Virus record (IMG/VR): IMGVR_UViG_3300020045_005957
Coordinates: 1-46,247 of that record
DNA: 46,247 nt
From: a virus
Lineage: Duplodnaviria; Caudoviricetes
Reading direction: 5' to 3' (one strand)
Positions 33,454 to 43,142 of this stretch are shown here, piece by piece; position 1 is the first letter of the stretch, and each line of letters begins with the position of its first letter. Both the position numbers and the translations under genes were made by a program. The notes under the pieces are model-generated. The model had not been told where the DNA came from, made no database searches, and was given only the letters and a program-made list of their open reading frames with translations.

Positions 33454-34303
33454 GACCGAGTTTGACTACACAAGCATGAGCACATTCCAAACATGTCAGC
33501 GCAAGTACGACTTCAGGATAAATAGAGGATTGGTAGGAAAGGTAGGCATGACTGCGCCTGATTTTGGGAAGGCAATTCACAAAGCACTCGATGCTTGGTA
33601 TAAAGATAAGGATGTGGATAATGCAGTTGCTATATTTAAGGCGGATTACCAAGAGTCTGACGAAGACGACAAGCGTACATATAGAATGGGGGAGTGGATA
33701 CTTAAGAATTACCATGAGAAATACCGCGATCAGCCGTTCAAAGTGCTGGCAACTGAGCAGGAGTTTACAATTAGGCTGCCTAATGGGAACAATCTCATTG
33801 GAAGAATTGACAAGATTATCGAGTGGGATGGGGCAGTATGGGGTGTCGATCACAAAACAACATCTAGCTTAGGGGATGCTTACATGCGTTTCCATACGCC
33901 TAACTTACAATTCAGTGGATACACATATGCCATACAACAGCTTGGGTTTCCTGCGTGCCAAGGGATATTAGTGGATGCGATCCTGGTAGCGAAGGGCCTA
34001 CTTGAGGCCTCCAGTCGTAGTAAGCTAGTACCCTTGCGCAGGGATTTTGCATATAGGTCAGTGGGAGATATTGAGGAATATTTGCAGATAGCTCAGCAGA
34101 TACAAGGGCAGATAAGGTTTAATGAGGAAATGGAAATTGGATATAACAGGAGTGCTTGGCTTCCTAACTTCGACGCCTGCACCGACTACGGAGAGTGTCC
34201 ATACAGGAAGATATGTAAGGAGCCTATTGAGTACAGGGATAGGATAATTGCAAGTGATTATAAAGTAGAACACTGGGACCCCAGAGATAAGGAGGTAAAG
34301 TAA
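33446..34303 (+). CDS. PD-(D/E)xK exonuclease, Cas4/RecB-like
   Basis: C.RKY, FG.AIH, E..F, GRID, DHKT, Q...Y; C-terminal Cys cluster (C....EC.Y..IC). Confidence 0.9.
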   Translation: MPKTEFDYTSMSTFQTCQRKYDFRINRGLVGKVGMTAPDFGKAIHKALDAWYKDKDVDNAVAIFKADYQESDEDDKRTYRMGEWILKNYHEKYRDQPFKVLATEQEFTIRLPNGNNLIGRIDKIIEWDGAVWGVDHKTTSSLGDAYMRFHTPNLQFSGYTYAIQQLGFPACQGILVDAILVAKGLLEASSRSKLVPLRRDFAYRSVGDIEEYLQIAQQIQGQIRFNEEMEIGYNRSAWLPNFDACTDYGECPYRKICKEPIEYRDRIIASDYKVEHWDPRDKEVK

Positions 34304-34587
34304 TGCAAATGAGAAATGATTGGGTTCGTATGAGGATATACGAAGCGCCCAAGAAGGCAGACTTGATATTGCCTGACAGTGTGACCGAGCGTACCATCAG
34401 CGAGGAGGACATCTTCTTCCAAGTGCTGGAGATAGGTCCTGATGTAGAGCAGGTTAAGATAGGCAACATAGTGGCGGTGAGCTTTATGAGCCAGGACATG
34501 CTCAGGATGAAACTCCCCGGAGAGGATTTCAAATGTTTTGCAGCACGTGAGGGAAGTGTGATTGGAATATTAAGGAAACAGCCATAA
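34303..34587 (+). CDS. groES: GroES-like co-chaperonin
   Basis: DWV...LILPDS...VLEIGPDVEQVKIGN.V...REGSVIG. Confidence 0.75.
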   Translation: MQMRNDWVRMRIYEAPKKADLILPDSVTERTISEEDIFFQVLEIGPDVEQVKIGNIVAVSFMSQDMLRMKLPGEDFKCFAAREGSVIGILRKQP

Positions 34588-34597
34588 GGGGTGAAAT

Positions 34598-35422
34598 ATG
34601 CAAGAAATTGATATGACAGGAAGGAAGCCAGAGCTGCGGAAGATACTGGTGATTGGGATGGAGGGTGCAGGGAAGACCAACTTCATCGGTACCATGCCTA
34701 AGCCGATATACTTGTTTAGCTTTGACAAGGGATTCGATACCCTTGCAGGGATGCCGGGCATTAAGGTTGGTGTGTGTATGGATGAGAGCAGGTATATGCC
34801 TAAGGCGTATATGGAGTTCAAGGCACAATTCGACCTTCTACGCAAGGGGCTAAAGTACAAGTGGCCAGATGGTAGGGAAGAGGCATATAAGACAATAGCT
34901 ATCGACTCTATGTCCTTTCTCTCGACGCTGCTTTACGATCATGAGCAGAAGATCAACAACAGCATAGACAAGCAGGGAGGGTTCGGTGTATGGGGGAATG
35001 TCAAGAGCAAGTTGCAGGACATAGTCAACCAAGCTGTTCTTGCGTCGGAGTACTTTGTGTGTACAGCATTGCTGGAGACAACGAAGGACGACATCACGGG
35101 GGAGATCTTCTTCGTGCCATCCATGATGGGGAGCATGAAGAACGAAGTGGGAGCATGGTTCGATGCCGTATTCTACATGACGGTCGACAAGAACCCGAAT
35201 ACAGGAGAGAAGAAGTACCAGATGCTCACCGTTGGAGACAGGAGACAGAAAGCGAAGATAAGATTGCCCAGCGCTATCGGGAATGTGATTAGCGCAGTGG
35301 AACAGCCCAGCTTCGAGAGCATTATGAAGAAGATCGACGCTGCTATGGCACAGAGTGCAGCGATCAATGAAGCACTTGCAGCGCAGACAGTTATTCAACA
35401 ACCACAAACACTAACTAAATAA
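34598..35422 (+). CDS. Sak4-like AAA_24 ATPase (recombinase)
   Basis: GMEGAGKT, FD.G, TIAIDSMS, P...G....AWFDAV. Confidence 0.85.
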   Translation: MQEIDMTGRKPELRKILVIGMEGAGKTNFIGTMPKPIYLFSFDKGFDTLAGMPGIKVGVCMDESRYMPKAYMEFKAQFDLLRKGLKYKWPDGREEAYKTIAIDSMSFLSTLLYDHEQKINNSIDKQGGFGVWGNVKSKLQDIVNQAVLASEYFVCTALLETTKDDITGEIFFVPSMMGSMKNEVGAWFDAVFYMTVDKNPNTGEKKYQMLTVGDRRQKAKIRLPSAIGNVISAVEQPSFESIMKKIDAAMAQSAAINEALAAQTVIQQPQTLTK

Positions 35423-35432
35423 GGAGAACAAC

Positions 35433-35861
35433 ATGGCCCGTATTACAGTAAACCCAAACGCAGATGCAGATGCAGGATTTGATGTGGCACAGCCGGGTGT
35501 GTATAGACTACGCATCGAGGGTAGTGCTAACTTCCCAGCAGTTACGGAGTTTGATAGCAAGAAGACACCAGGCAATCGTGGCCTCAAGATTAGATATGTC
35601 TTCGCTGATCCAACCATTGTAACCACAACAGAAGGCAAGACAGCTAAGAACTTAGGGTCAATCATCGACCAGAGCTGCTTGATCTACCCTGCAGATAAGC
35701 AAGGAAAGCTCAGAAGCCTAGTCGAGAGTGCCAACCTGACCTGGGCAGACTTTGACACCGACGATTTAGATGGTAAAGAAGTGCAAGCTAAGGTGGGCGT
35801 CGAGGAATACAATGGAGTTATTCGTAATAAAATTGAACGCTACCTAAAGCCAACGGTGTAA
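35433..35861 (+). CDS. DUF669-like single-stranded DNA-binding protein
   Basis: F....PGVY, DL.GK....V..EEYNG..RNKI; follows Sak4. Confidence 0.75.
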   Translation: MARITVNPNADADAGFDVAQPGVYRLRIEGSANFPAVTEFDSKKTPGNRGLKIRYVFADPTIVTTTEGKTAKNLGSIIDQSCLIYPADKQGKLRSLVESANLTWADFDTDDLDGKEVQAKVGVEEYNGVIRNKIERYLKPTV

Positions 35862-35862
35862 T

Positions 35863-36318
35863 ATGACGCCCGATGAGATAGTTAGATTGTTACATCCGCT
35901 GGCTACAGCAGTGCCTGATGATGCAGTATTTGGAGCAATTGCTAGATCGTTGCTTATAAGTGTAAAACCAGCTGCTGGTCTTTCACCAAGTGCTATATCT
36001 ACAACAGTTGCAGTTCCACCACCTGTTGTGGTAGGTGAGGTGGAAATTCCTAAAGGGCAGATATGTGAATGCACGGAGTGTAAAAAGAAAGTGTACGAGC
36101 TTGTAGATGATGTGCGAGCCAACATGAAGATTAGTGCATTTATTGCCTGCTTTAAGCCTATTAATGGTGCAGCGTCTATGACTACCTCCACAGATATATG
36201 GGGAGACCCGTATGGAAATGCTGCAGTAGATTGCCCATTTTGCAAGGGAGCTAAGACTGTTTGGATTAAGGGCAAAGGGGATATACCATTCAATGAGTAC
36301 CCGGAAGGAAGTAAATGA
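35863..36318 (+). CDS. Zn-ribbon hypothetical protein
   Basis: CTEC...CPFC. Confidence 0.65.
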   Translation: MTPDEIVRLLHPLATAVPDDAVFGAIARSLLISVKPAAGLSPSAISTTVAVPPPVVVGEVEIPKGQICECTECKKKVYELVDDVRANMKISAFIACFKPINGAASMTTSTDIWGDPYGNAAVDCPFCKGAKTVWIKGKGDIPFNEYPEGSK

Positions 36319-38603
36319 TACGCCCAAGTGGACCAATGGACGCAAAGATAATGCTTGTGGGAGAGGCAGCAGGAGAAACTGAAGAACGTGAGGGTGTGCC
36401 CTTTGTAGGTAGCGCAGGGCGCATCCTCGACGGGCTACTAAGGGATGCAGGCATCGTGCGCGAGACATGCTATATTACCAATGTCATGCTAGAGAGACCG
36501 GAGGGAAATAACTTTGGACATTTCTATGAGGACAAGGGACGTTCTAAGCCAACGAATGCTCTACAGGAAGGGATACGGAGATTACATGACGAGATCAAGC
36601 AGGTCAACCCATGCGTTGTGGTAGCATTGGGTGAGGAAGCTCTGCGAGCACTCACAGATAAAAGAGGAATTGGTAACTGGAGAGGATCAGTCATTGCAGG
36701 ATTGACGGGTCACAAGGTAATACCCACATACCACCCAGCAGCCATCCTGCGTGAGTGGGACTTCAGGCCTGCAGCACTGATGGACATGCAGCGCGTGCGT
36801 GGAGAGTGTACTACACATGCTATACGATCTACTGAGCGAAGGCTGGAGATCCTCCGCGACTTCGACCAAGTAATCGCAACCCTTGACATCATGAAGGAGA
36901 ATAAATATGTCGCCTTTGACATCGAAACTGAGTCTGGACAAATTACAGCTATCTCGTTCGCGCCTTCCAGTCGACCACACTGGGCAATATGTATTCCATT
37001 TTGGTTTGGGGCATCCGGGAGCCTGTGGCCGAAAGAGCAAGAGGTTGCCATCTGGGACAAAATCAGGGAAGTTCTCACAGACGATGGGTGTGGAAAGATT
37101 GCCCATAACGGCATGTACGACATTGAGTTCATCGACCGAACCATGGGATTCCACGTACGGCCTTTAGCATTTGACACGATGCTCGGGATGCATTGCCTGT
37201 ACCTTGAGCTCCCTAAGAGCTTAGCATTTGCAGTTAGCATATATACTGACCACCCATATTACAAGCAGGGCTTACATGCAACTAGCATGGATGCCTTCTT
37301 CTTGTATAATGCTACAGATGCGTGCTTAACTATGGAGATAGCAGAGAAGTTAATGCGGGAGATTAAGGAGGATGGGTTATGGCAGTTTTACTTGGATTAC
37401 TTGCATTCCTTGGTGGAGCCTTTATTGGCTATGCAGCAGCGGGGTGTGAAATTCGATTACTTGAAGAGGAACTCCGTCAAAAAGCGTTATCAAGAGGAGA
37501 TAGCAGTGCTGCAGCGAAACCTCGATGCGGCTGCGAGTGCAGCGATTAACGTAAACAGTCCTAAGCAGATGAAGGAGTGGTTATATGGAAGTAAAGAGAA
37601 AGGTGGGCTTGGGCTTAAAGAGAGGACTAAGAAGCGAAAGAGTACAGGGGAAACAACGGTTGCAGCAGACGACGAAGCCTTGCAAGATATCTACCAAGAA
37701 ACGGAAAACAATGCAATCCGGCTTGTCCTGCAAATACGGGAAAAGCAGAAAATCCTTAGCACCTACCTCGAAGTTAAGCTCGACGAAGATAAGCGAATCC
37801 GATGCAGCTATAATATTACAGGAACTGAGACAGGCAGACTCTCAAGCGGGAAGACTGCGCGTGGAACTGGAACGAATCTTCAGAATGTTCCATCTGGGAT
37901 CGTACGGTCTTTATTCGTCCCCGACGATGGAAAGGTGTTTATCAACGCAGACCTTAGTCAAGCTGAGGCAAGAGTTGTGGCATACCTCAGCAATGAGCAA
38001 CGCCTCATTAGAGTGTTTGAGGAGGGTGGAGATATACATAGAAAGAATGCTGCTAACATCTATGGAATACCAGAAGAGCAAGTTACAGATAACCAAAGAC
38101 AGCTTGCCAAGAGAGTCGTGCACGCCAGTAACTATGGCATGGGACCTATCACGTTCGCCAGGACAGCAGGGATTTCAGCAGCAGAAGCCAAGCGGTTACT
38201 CAACCAGTACTTCGCAACATACCCCGGTATCGCTAACTGGCACCTCGACATTAGGAACCAGCTCAATAAACGGCGTTACTTGGTTACACCCTTCGGGAGG
38301 AAGCGTTACTTTTACAACAGGTGGGGTGAAGACATCGTCAAAGAAGGGCTTGCGTACATCCCGCAAAGCACAGTTGCGGACATCGTCACGACGGGGCTTG
38401 CGTGTGCGCACAAGAAAGGGATTGAAGTGCTCCTCCAAGTCCACGATGCGCTGCTTGTCCAAGCGCCTGTTGAGCAAGGGGAAGAGATAGCAAGAAGCTT
38501 GAAGGAATGTTTGAGCATCCCACTTGAGATCAGTGGAAGGGTATTTACTATTCCAGTTGATCTCAAGATGGGAAGCTCGTGGGATGATTTAAATAAGCTC
38601 TAG
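36315..38603 (+). CDS. polA: Family A DNA polymerase with N-terminal family-4 uracil-DNA-glycosylase-like domain and 3'-5' exonuclease
   Basis: GEAAG..E...PFVG.AG, YITNV, YHPAA (UDG); FDIET, HNG.YD, YNATD (exo); TGRLSS, NLQN, DLSQAE, KRVVHASNYG, QVHD (pol). Confidence 0.95.
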   Translation: MIRPSGPMDAKIMLVGEAAGETEEREGVPFVGSAGRILDGLLRDAGIVRETCYITNVMLERPEGNNFGHFYEDKGRSKPTNALQEGIRRLHDEIKQVNPCVVVALGEEALRALTDKRGIGNWRGSVIAGLTGHKVIPTYHPAAILREWDFRPAALMDMQRVRGECTTHAIRSTERRLEILRDFDQVIATLDIMKENKYVAFDIETESGQITAISFAPSSRPHWAICIPFWFGASGSLWPKEQEVAIWDKIREVLTDDGCGKIAHNGMYDIEFIDRTMGFHVRPLAFDTMLGMHCLYLELPKSLAFAVSIYTDHPYYKQGLHATSMDAFFLYNATDACLTMEIAEKLMREIKEDGLWQFYLDYLHSLVEPLLAMQQRGVKFDYLKRNSVKKRYQEEIAVLQRNLDAAASAAINVNSPKQMKEWLYGSKEKGGLGLKERTKKRKSTGETTVAADDEALQDIYQETENNAIRLVLQIREKQKILSTYLEVKLDEDKRIRCSYNITGTETGRLSSGKTARGTGTNLQNVPSGIVRSLFVPDDGKVFINADLSQAEARVVAYLSNEQRLIRVFEEGGDIHRKNAANIYGIPEEQVTDNQRQLAKRVVHASNYGMGPITFARTAGISAAEAKRLLNQYFATYPGIANWHLDIRNQLNKRRYLVTPFGRKRYFYNRWGEDIVKEGLAYIPQSTVADIVTTGLACAHKKGIEVLLQVHDALLVQAPVEQGEEIARSLKECLSIPLEISGRVFTIPVDLKMGSSWDDLNKL

Positions 38604-38803
38604 TTATTCTTCCCATACGTAAAGAACTTACCGCATGGATAGATGTGCACCTGGGAGCTTTCAAAGAAACGCTCGGATGGTGCGGTATTGATGTTCTTGG
38701 TGGTAGGCTTTAGGAACAGGGCATATATCCCTACCATGAAGGCTATACTCACGCCTACATAGATCGCTCCGTTCTTAAGCCTATCGGCTATCCATCCGCT
38801 CAT
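38600..38803 (-). CDS. Single-TM protein (lysis accessory candidate)
   Basis: 67 aa, TM AIYVGVSIAFMVGIYALFL; last gene of the late arm; stop overlaps the polA stop. Confidence 0.55.
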   Translation of the reverse strand: MSGWIADRLKNGAIYVGVSIAFMVGIYALFLKPTTKNINTAPSERFFESSQVHIYPCGKFFTYGKNN

Positions 38804-38895
38804 TTTTTAGGTTTCCATAGGTGAGGTAGAAGGAATGCTCCAACCAACCCTCCAATTACAGCTCCGATGTAAAAGTTAACGTCTAGTAATATCAT
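38800..38895 (-). CDS. 31-aa single-TM microprotein (MILLDVNFYIGAVIGGLVGAFLLPHLWKPKK)
   Basis: AAGGAG RBS; GxxxG TM motif; ATGA coupling. Confidence 0.6.
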   Translation of the reverse strand: MILLDVNFYIGAVIGGLVGAFLLPHLWKPKK

Positions 38896-38911
38896 GGGTT
38901 CTCCTTGGTTG

Positions 38912-39946
38912 TTAGTCAAGCCAATCCGGCTGACGTAATGCATTGAGGATGCTTTGGGCATTGCGCCCTATGTCATTGCGGTATTGTAGGTCGGGGGACT
39001 TCAAGTTACCGACGGTGCGGTACATGCGACGAACGCACTCATTCTCGTCATTGCCACGTGCAGTGACATATCCTACAAGCCCAGACCCATCGACGCTGTA
39101 TGCTCCATCGGTGCGAGAGACGTCAGCAAGCCATAAGTGCTTCAAGTTACCTGGGACTATTCCAGTGATTGGCGCAGGCTCACGATTACCACGTTCGTAT
39201 GGGTATGGAGGAGTGCTTATTTGCACACCGCATGCCCACTTGTCGGTGGCTTGGATGGGCTTTGAGGTTTCATCGAATAAGCGAAGGATAACATCTGATA
39301 CAGATAGGTTAGTATTCTCGTACAGAAGCAGAGACAATGGATGTGCAAAGGATGCATGAATCTCTTTTACGCAGAAATTATCTCCATCAACCATGGTATG
39401 CAGATGAATGCCTCCACGGTGATTGACCTTCTTAAGCACGCGTTCTAGTGGTTCAACGAATGTATGGTATGTCTTAGGGGTTAGGCCTTTGAAGTTTCCT
39501 ATCATGCCTGTACACATCAAGTCAGGGCCTGCACCACCTGGCATGAAGCGGCGATAGACGATTGAGGCATAGGAGGCTATGAAGGATGCTCCGTTAAACC
39601 AAGCACTTATGTACATATGGGTGCCTTGAGCTAGTGGGGTAGTTGACCAACCTAGAGAGGTGATGATTTGCTTGCGGTAATTCTCATCACTCTCTAGCAT
39701 CGACGACCAGCGTGTAGGGCCTAGCACCTTAAAGCCGTGGCTGCGTACGTTCTCGGCTTCGGTGGTGTGAGCTAAGTTATCGTAGAGAGCTATATCAGGA
39801 ACCCAAGACTCGTCTACAGCAGGAAACCGTATAAGACCGCGTCCGGCGGTGGAGAGGGTTGCAAAGCGCACGTCGTGGCCATCATTCTCAATTCTCATAG
39901 CAAGGCCTAGAGTTAGTCCAGTTTGTGAGACAAGTAGTACTCGCAT
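38912..39946 (-). CDS. Degenerate PurD-like ATP-grasp protein
   Basis: GHDV, V.G...S.MLE, WFNG..F, RFMPGG.GP, STPPYP, G.VTARG, YRND.G; lid region and catalytic E-x-N-x-R motif absent. Confidence 0.7.
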   Translation of the reverse strand: MRVLLVSQTGLTLGLAMRIENDGHDVRFATLSTAGRGLIRFPAVDESWVPDIALYDNLAHTTEAENVRSHGFKVLGPTRWSSMLESDENYRKQIITSLGWSTTPLAQGTHMYISAWFNGASFIASYASIVYRRFMPGGAGPDLMCTGMIGNFKGLTPKTYHTFVEPLERVLKKVNHRGGIHLHTMVDGDNFCVKEIHASFAHPLSLLLYENTNLSVSDVILRLFDETSKPIQATDKWACGVQISTPPYPYERGNREPAPITGIVPGNLKHLWLADVSRTDGAYSVDGSGLVGYVTARGNDENECVRRMYRTVGNLKSPDLQYRNDIGRNAQSILNALRQPDWLD

Positions 39947-39961
39947 AGTGCGTCCTTTCGC

Positions 39962-41965
39962 TTACTGCATTTGAGGGGTTTCTTCAAGTTGTAAATCTGA
40001 TCCCATGTCGCTGCTTACATCCTTTTGATTGCGCCCTGTGATTTGCCTCACTGCACCATATCCTACAGCACCAGAGGTCATGCTGGCACGAAGCTGATTC
40101 AGGAGAAAGTTTCCCGCAGGAGAAGTGACATATTGAATAGTTTTGCTTGGTACAACAGGGCTTTTGCTTAATGTGCGCAAAAGTGCTGAATTTACTTTAG
40201 GGCTGCCTAAGCCAGCAGTTAGGACAGGAAATAGCCAGCCTACTTCTTTAGGAACGCCTGCATTAGAGGCTGCCCACCCAGCTGTGCCTGCCATAGTAAC
40301 AGGGAATAAAGAAGGCTTCCATTGGTTCATGCCAGAAGCGCTTGAGATATCCATGACGGTGTCTAAGTATTTTCTAGGGGCATTTGTGTATTTAGATAGT
40401 ATCCTATCGATGGTTTCTAAAGCAGTTTTAGAAGGTGCGTTGCCCGCAGTATCCATGTCAAAATACGAAGATAGCCGATTTCCAGCACCTTCTACAGCTT
40501 GAATACGCTCAGCACGTGTGAGGCTCTTGTTGTAGTCGGTTTTGAAGCCACCAAAAGCTTGTTCGGATTGTCGCTCAAGAGTTGAGTAGTCAGCCCAGGA
40601 TTGTCGTGCAGGGATGTAGCGAGGATCTACTTGAGCTAAATCATCAAATACTCGGTCTGCCATAGCGCCTGCAGGTTTGTAATTGGTAGCGTGATTGCTG
40701 AGTGCAGTACGCATACGGGAGAGTTGATCGGAGGTAATAGGCTTGCCCTGCTTCATAGTATCTAGCAACTCTCCTAAAGTTTGTGTTGTAGGGCCAGCGG
40801 GAGCTTTATCGCTTAGCTCTTTAGTTGTCTTAACTGAGACAAGCTTGTGTCCTACATCAGTCTTCTTAGTCTTGACGGCTTCAGCTTTCTTGTAGTTAGC
40901 TCCAACCTCACTTGCGGTATCTGTGACATACTGTGTGGGTTTAGTGCCTGGAATGCTTAAGGTTTGCCCTTCACCCAAAGGAAGTTCAAGTGGTGGTTGT
41001 CCTGGACGGTATTGTTCAACAGTGCTTACCTTTGTTACAGGAGCCTTGATTTTGGATGCCATGCCTACAGGAAGCTTACGGATAGAGTCTGGGTCATCTA
41101 CACGAGAGAGCATGTCTTCTATGTCCATAGATAGCTTTTGTGCTTGACCTTGGTAGACGGGAATGTTTTGTGCATCTGCATCTATTGACTTGTACAGCCT
41201 GTCAGCTTGGCGCTTAACGGATAGAACATCACGGGAGATTTGATTGGCTGTGTCTTGCCCGATATCAAGGAACTTTTCCATGTTATTAGTTGTAAGGTTT
41301 TTTCCTCCACGACCTATAATGTAGAAGATAGCCTCTTTAGATTTCTTAATAAGCGAAGATGCGGTCTTAGGAATAACGTTCTTAGCTAAGTTGCTTGTGA
41401 TTGCTGAGCGTATAGTATTTGCGGCCTTACTACTTAGTTGCATAGCTTGACTGCCTGCAGCAAATGGGTCAGCAGCAGAGGCAGCAACTAAGCCTGCCAG
41501 GGATGCCATAAGCTCAGGCATGCCTAGCTTGGCTGCAATGTCACCGAACTCAATGCCTCGACTAGCAGGAAGGTAGGAAGGTAAGGATTTCTCTAAGCCC
41601 ATGCCAAACATTTTATTAATTGCACCAGCTTCAGCACCTTCGATAGTTTGCCCAGCAGCGCCTAGAAAGTCTACGGGAACACTAAGGGCTCGTGTAGCAG
41701 CTACTCCTACAGAAGGAGCTGGACCAGAAGCACCTAAGTCGTGCATATACTGAGCCATCATGTCTTTACGGCCTGCTTGCCGGGTTGCTACAGCCTCATC
41801 TGAAGTTGGGGGTGCTTGTGTGGTAGACAAGTCGAACTGCTCCTCATTACGCATAGCATTACGTATGCGCACTTCATCGTATAAACTTTGCAGGTCTTCT
41901 GGAGCTTTGGGGGCAACTTCAGACTGCACTTGAGAATACAGATCTTCTAAGCTCTTGTCAGCCAT
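39962..41965 (-). CDS. Large internal virion/DNA ejection protein (start ATG 41965)
   Basis: AAGGA RBS before MADKSLEDL; helical, Ala/Gly-rich; third of three core-protein-like genes. Confidence 0.6.
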   Translation of the reverse strand: MADKSLEDLYSQVQSEVAPKAPEDLQSLYDEVRIRNAMRNEEQFDLSTTQAPPTSDEAVATRQAGRKDMMAQYMHDLGASGPAPSVGVAATRALSVPVDFLGAAGQTIEGAEAGAINKMFGMGLEKSLPSYLPASRGIEFGDIAAKLGMPELMASLAGLVAASAADPFAAGSQAMQLSSKAANTIRSAITSNLAKNVIPKTASSLIKKSKEAIFYIIGRGGKNLTTNNMEKFLDIGQDTANQISRDVLSVKRQADRLYKSIDADAQNIPVYQGQAQKLSMDIEDMLSRVDDPDSIRKLPVGMASKIKAPVTKVSTVEQYRPGQPPLELPLGEGQTLSIPGTKPTQYVTDTASEVGANYKKAEAVKTKKTDVGHKLVSVKTTKELSDKAPAGPTTQTLGELLDTMKQGKPITSDQLSRMRTALSNHATNYKPAGAMADRVFDDLAQVDPRYIPARQSWADYSTLERQSEQAFGGFKTDYNKSLTRAERIQAVEGAGNRLSSYFDMDTAGNAPSKTALETIDRILSKYTNAPRKYLDTVMDISSASGMNQWKPSLFPVTMAGTAGWAASNAGVPKEVGWLFPVLTAGLGSPKVNSALLRTLSKSPVVPSKTIQYVTSPAGNFLLNQLRASMTSGAVGYGAVRQITGRNQKDVSSDMGSDLQLEETPQMQ

Positions 41966-41966
41966 C

Positions 41967-43133
41967 TTAGTTTCCTTGCTTTTTATGTGCGTCATCTAAG
42001 AAACGGTTTATTTCAGCGTCTGTCTTGCCTAGCTCTCTAGCTCGACGAGCAAATTCTACATCTGTGTTTACAGTTTGTAATGCTTGATTAACAAAGCTGG
42101 TTCTGCGAGCTCCATCTACATCAGGATTTCCTGTGGAGGGAAGCTTGAATAGAGTATTTAGTCTGTCAGTCAGAAGCTTGTTAGTGCGCCTTGGGTACAT
42201 AGGGCTGGGAAGCATCTTAAGTGCAGCTTCCTTATCTGGTTCTGTGGGACGCCCGCCGTTAATGAAATCAGCAAGTTGAAGCGCTAATGGGTCGCGTTGT
42301 TGTTCTAGTGCAGACATATTACTATCTGCAGTAACATAAGAAGATGCTTTTCCTATACCACCTTTAAATAGGGACTCAAGCTTAGTAGAAGAAGGTCCTC
42401 CTGTTTCACGTATTGCACCACTAACAGTAGAAAGATAACCCTTCAAAGAGTCTTTAAGGGAAGCCATATCTACGGTTTTCTTACCTACACCAGAGCCTAC
42501 AGCAGTAGCTTCTGCTTTAGCTTGATTAGCAGCAGGGCTCACGAAGTTCATGGAGCCACCGCCGGGAAGAGGTGCGGTGAAGTCTCCTGGCATGTAGTCG
42601 TCGCCTGTGGCACCAGTGTTGCCATTGACCATTCCTGCACGCATCTTTTTCATGAAAGCACCTGGGTCATTATAGTAAGCTGCTTCTGCACGGTATTTCT
42701 CACCTTGTCCTTGTTCAGAACGCATTTGTGCCCCACGGAGTTGGCCTTCTGTGGCGCTACCAGGCTCAGGCTTAGCATTACGCAAGTTCTCGTAGACCTC
42801 ATTATTCTTCTCTTGTGTATCAGCCATATCAGACATCATGGTTTGTGCGTCACCTTGATATGGGCCATCTTTGAGGGCTTGCAGGAACACAGCTTTAGCA
42901 TTAGGGTCAGTTGTTTCGATGATCTTCTGCTTAAAGTCTTGAAGCTTAGCCCAACGCTCGAACTTGGCTTTCTCCTGATCCGTCTGTGCATTTTGCGCCA
43001 ATATCTTGTAATAATTGGATGTAAGTTTTAAGCTTTGCATCTTGTATATAGAGTCAGCAATATCTTTACTAGCGTCTAGAATTTGCTTTTGCCCAGGGTC
43101 TTGTTGGTAATTAATCACTTGTGTTGTTGGCAT
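41967..43133 (-). CDS. Internal virion/ejection protein
   Basis: 388 aa; GGRPTEPD...LP motif typical of podophage ejection proteins. Confidence 0.6.
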   Translation of the reverse strand: MPTTQVINYQQDPGQKQILDASKDIADSIYKMQSLKLTSNYYKILAQNAQTDQEKAKFERWAKLQDFKQKIIETTDPNAKAVFLQALKDGPYQGDAQTMMSDMADTQEKNNEVYENLRNAKPEPGSATEGQLRGAQMRSEQGQGEKYRAEAAYYNDPGAFMKKMRAGMVNGNTGATGDDYMPGDFTAPLPGGGSMNFVSPAANQAKAEATAVGSGVGKKTVDMASLKDSLKGYLSTVSGAIRETGGPSSTKLESLFKGGIGKASSYVTADSNMSALEQQRDPLALQLADFINGGRPTEPDKEAALKMLPSPMYPRRTNKLLTDRLNTLFKLPSTGNPDVDGARRTSFVNQALQTVNTDVEFARRARELGKTDAEINRFLDDAHKKQGN

Positions 43134-43142
43134 ATAATCTCC

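Noticed and set aside
33446-34303. cas4 as part of a CRISPR-Cas system
   Set aside because: No other cas genes or array; standard phage exonuclease-Sak4-SSB module
37585-38490. 301-aa alternative-frame ORF inside polA
   Set aside because: No convincing RBS or recognisable motifs; Ser/Arg/Lys/Thr-rich composition typical of a shadow frame
38912-39946. Functional purD purine AMG
   Set aside because: ATP-grasp lid and catalytic motifs appear missing; located in the virion operon
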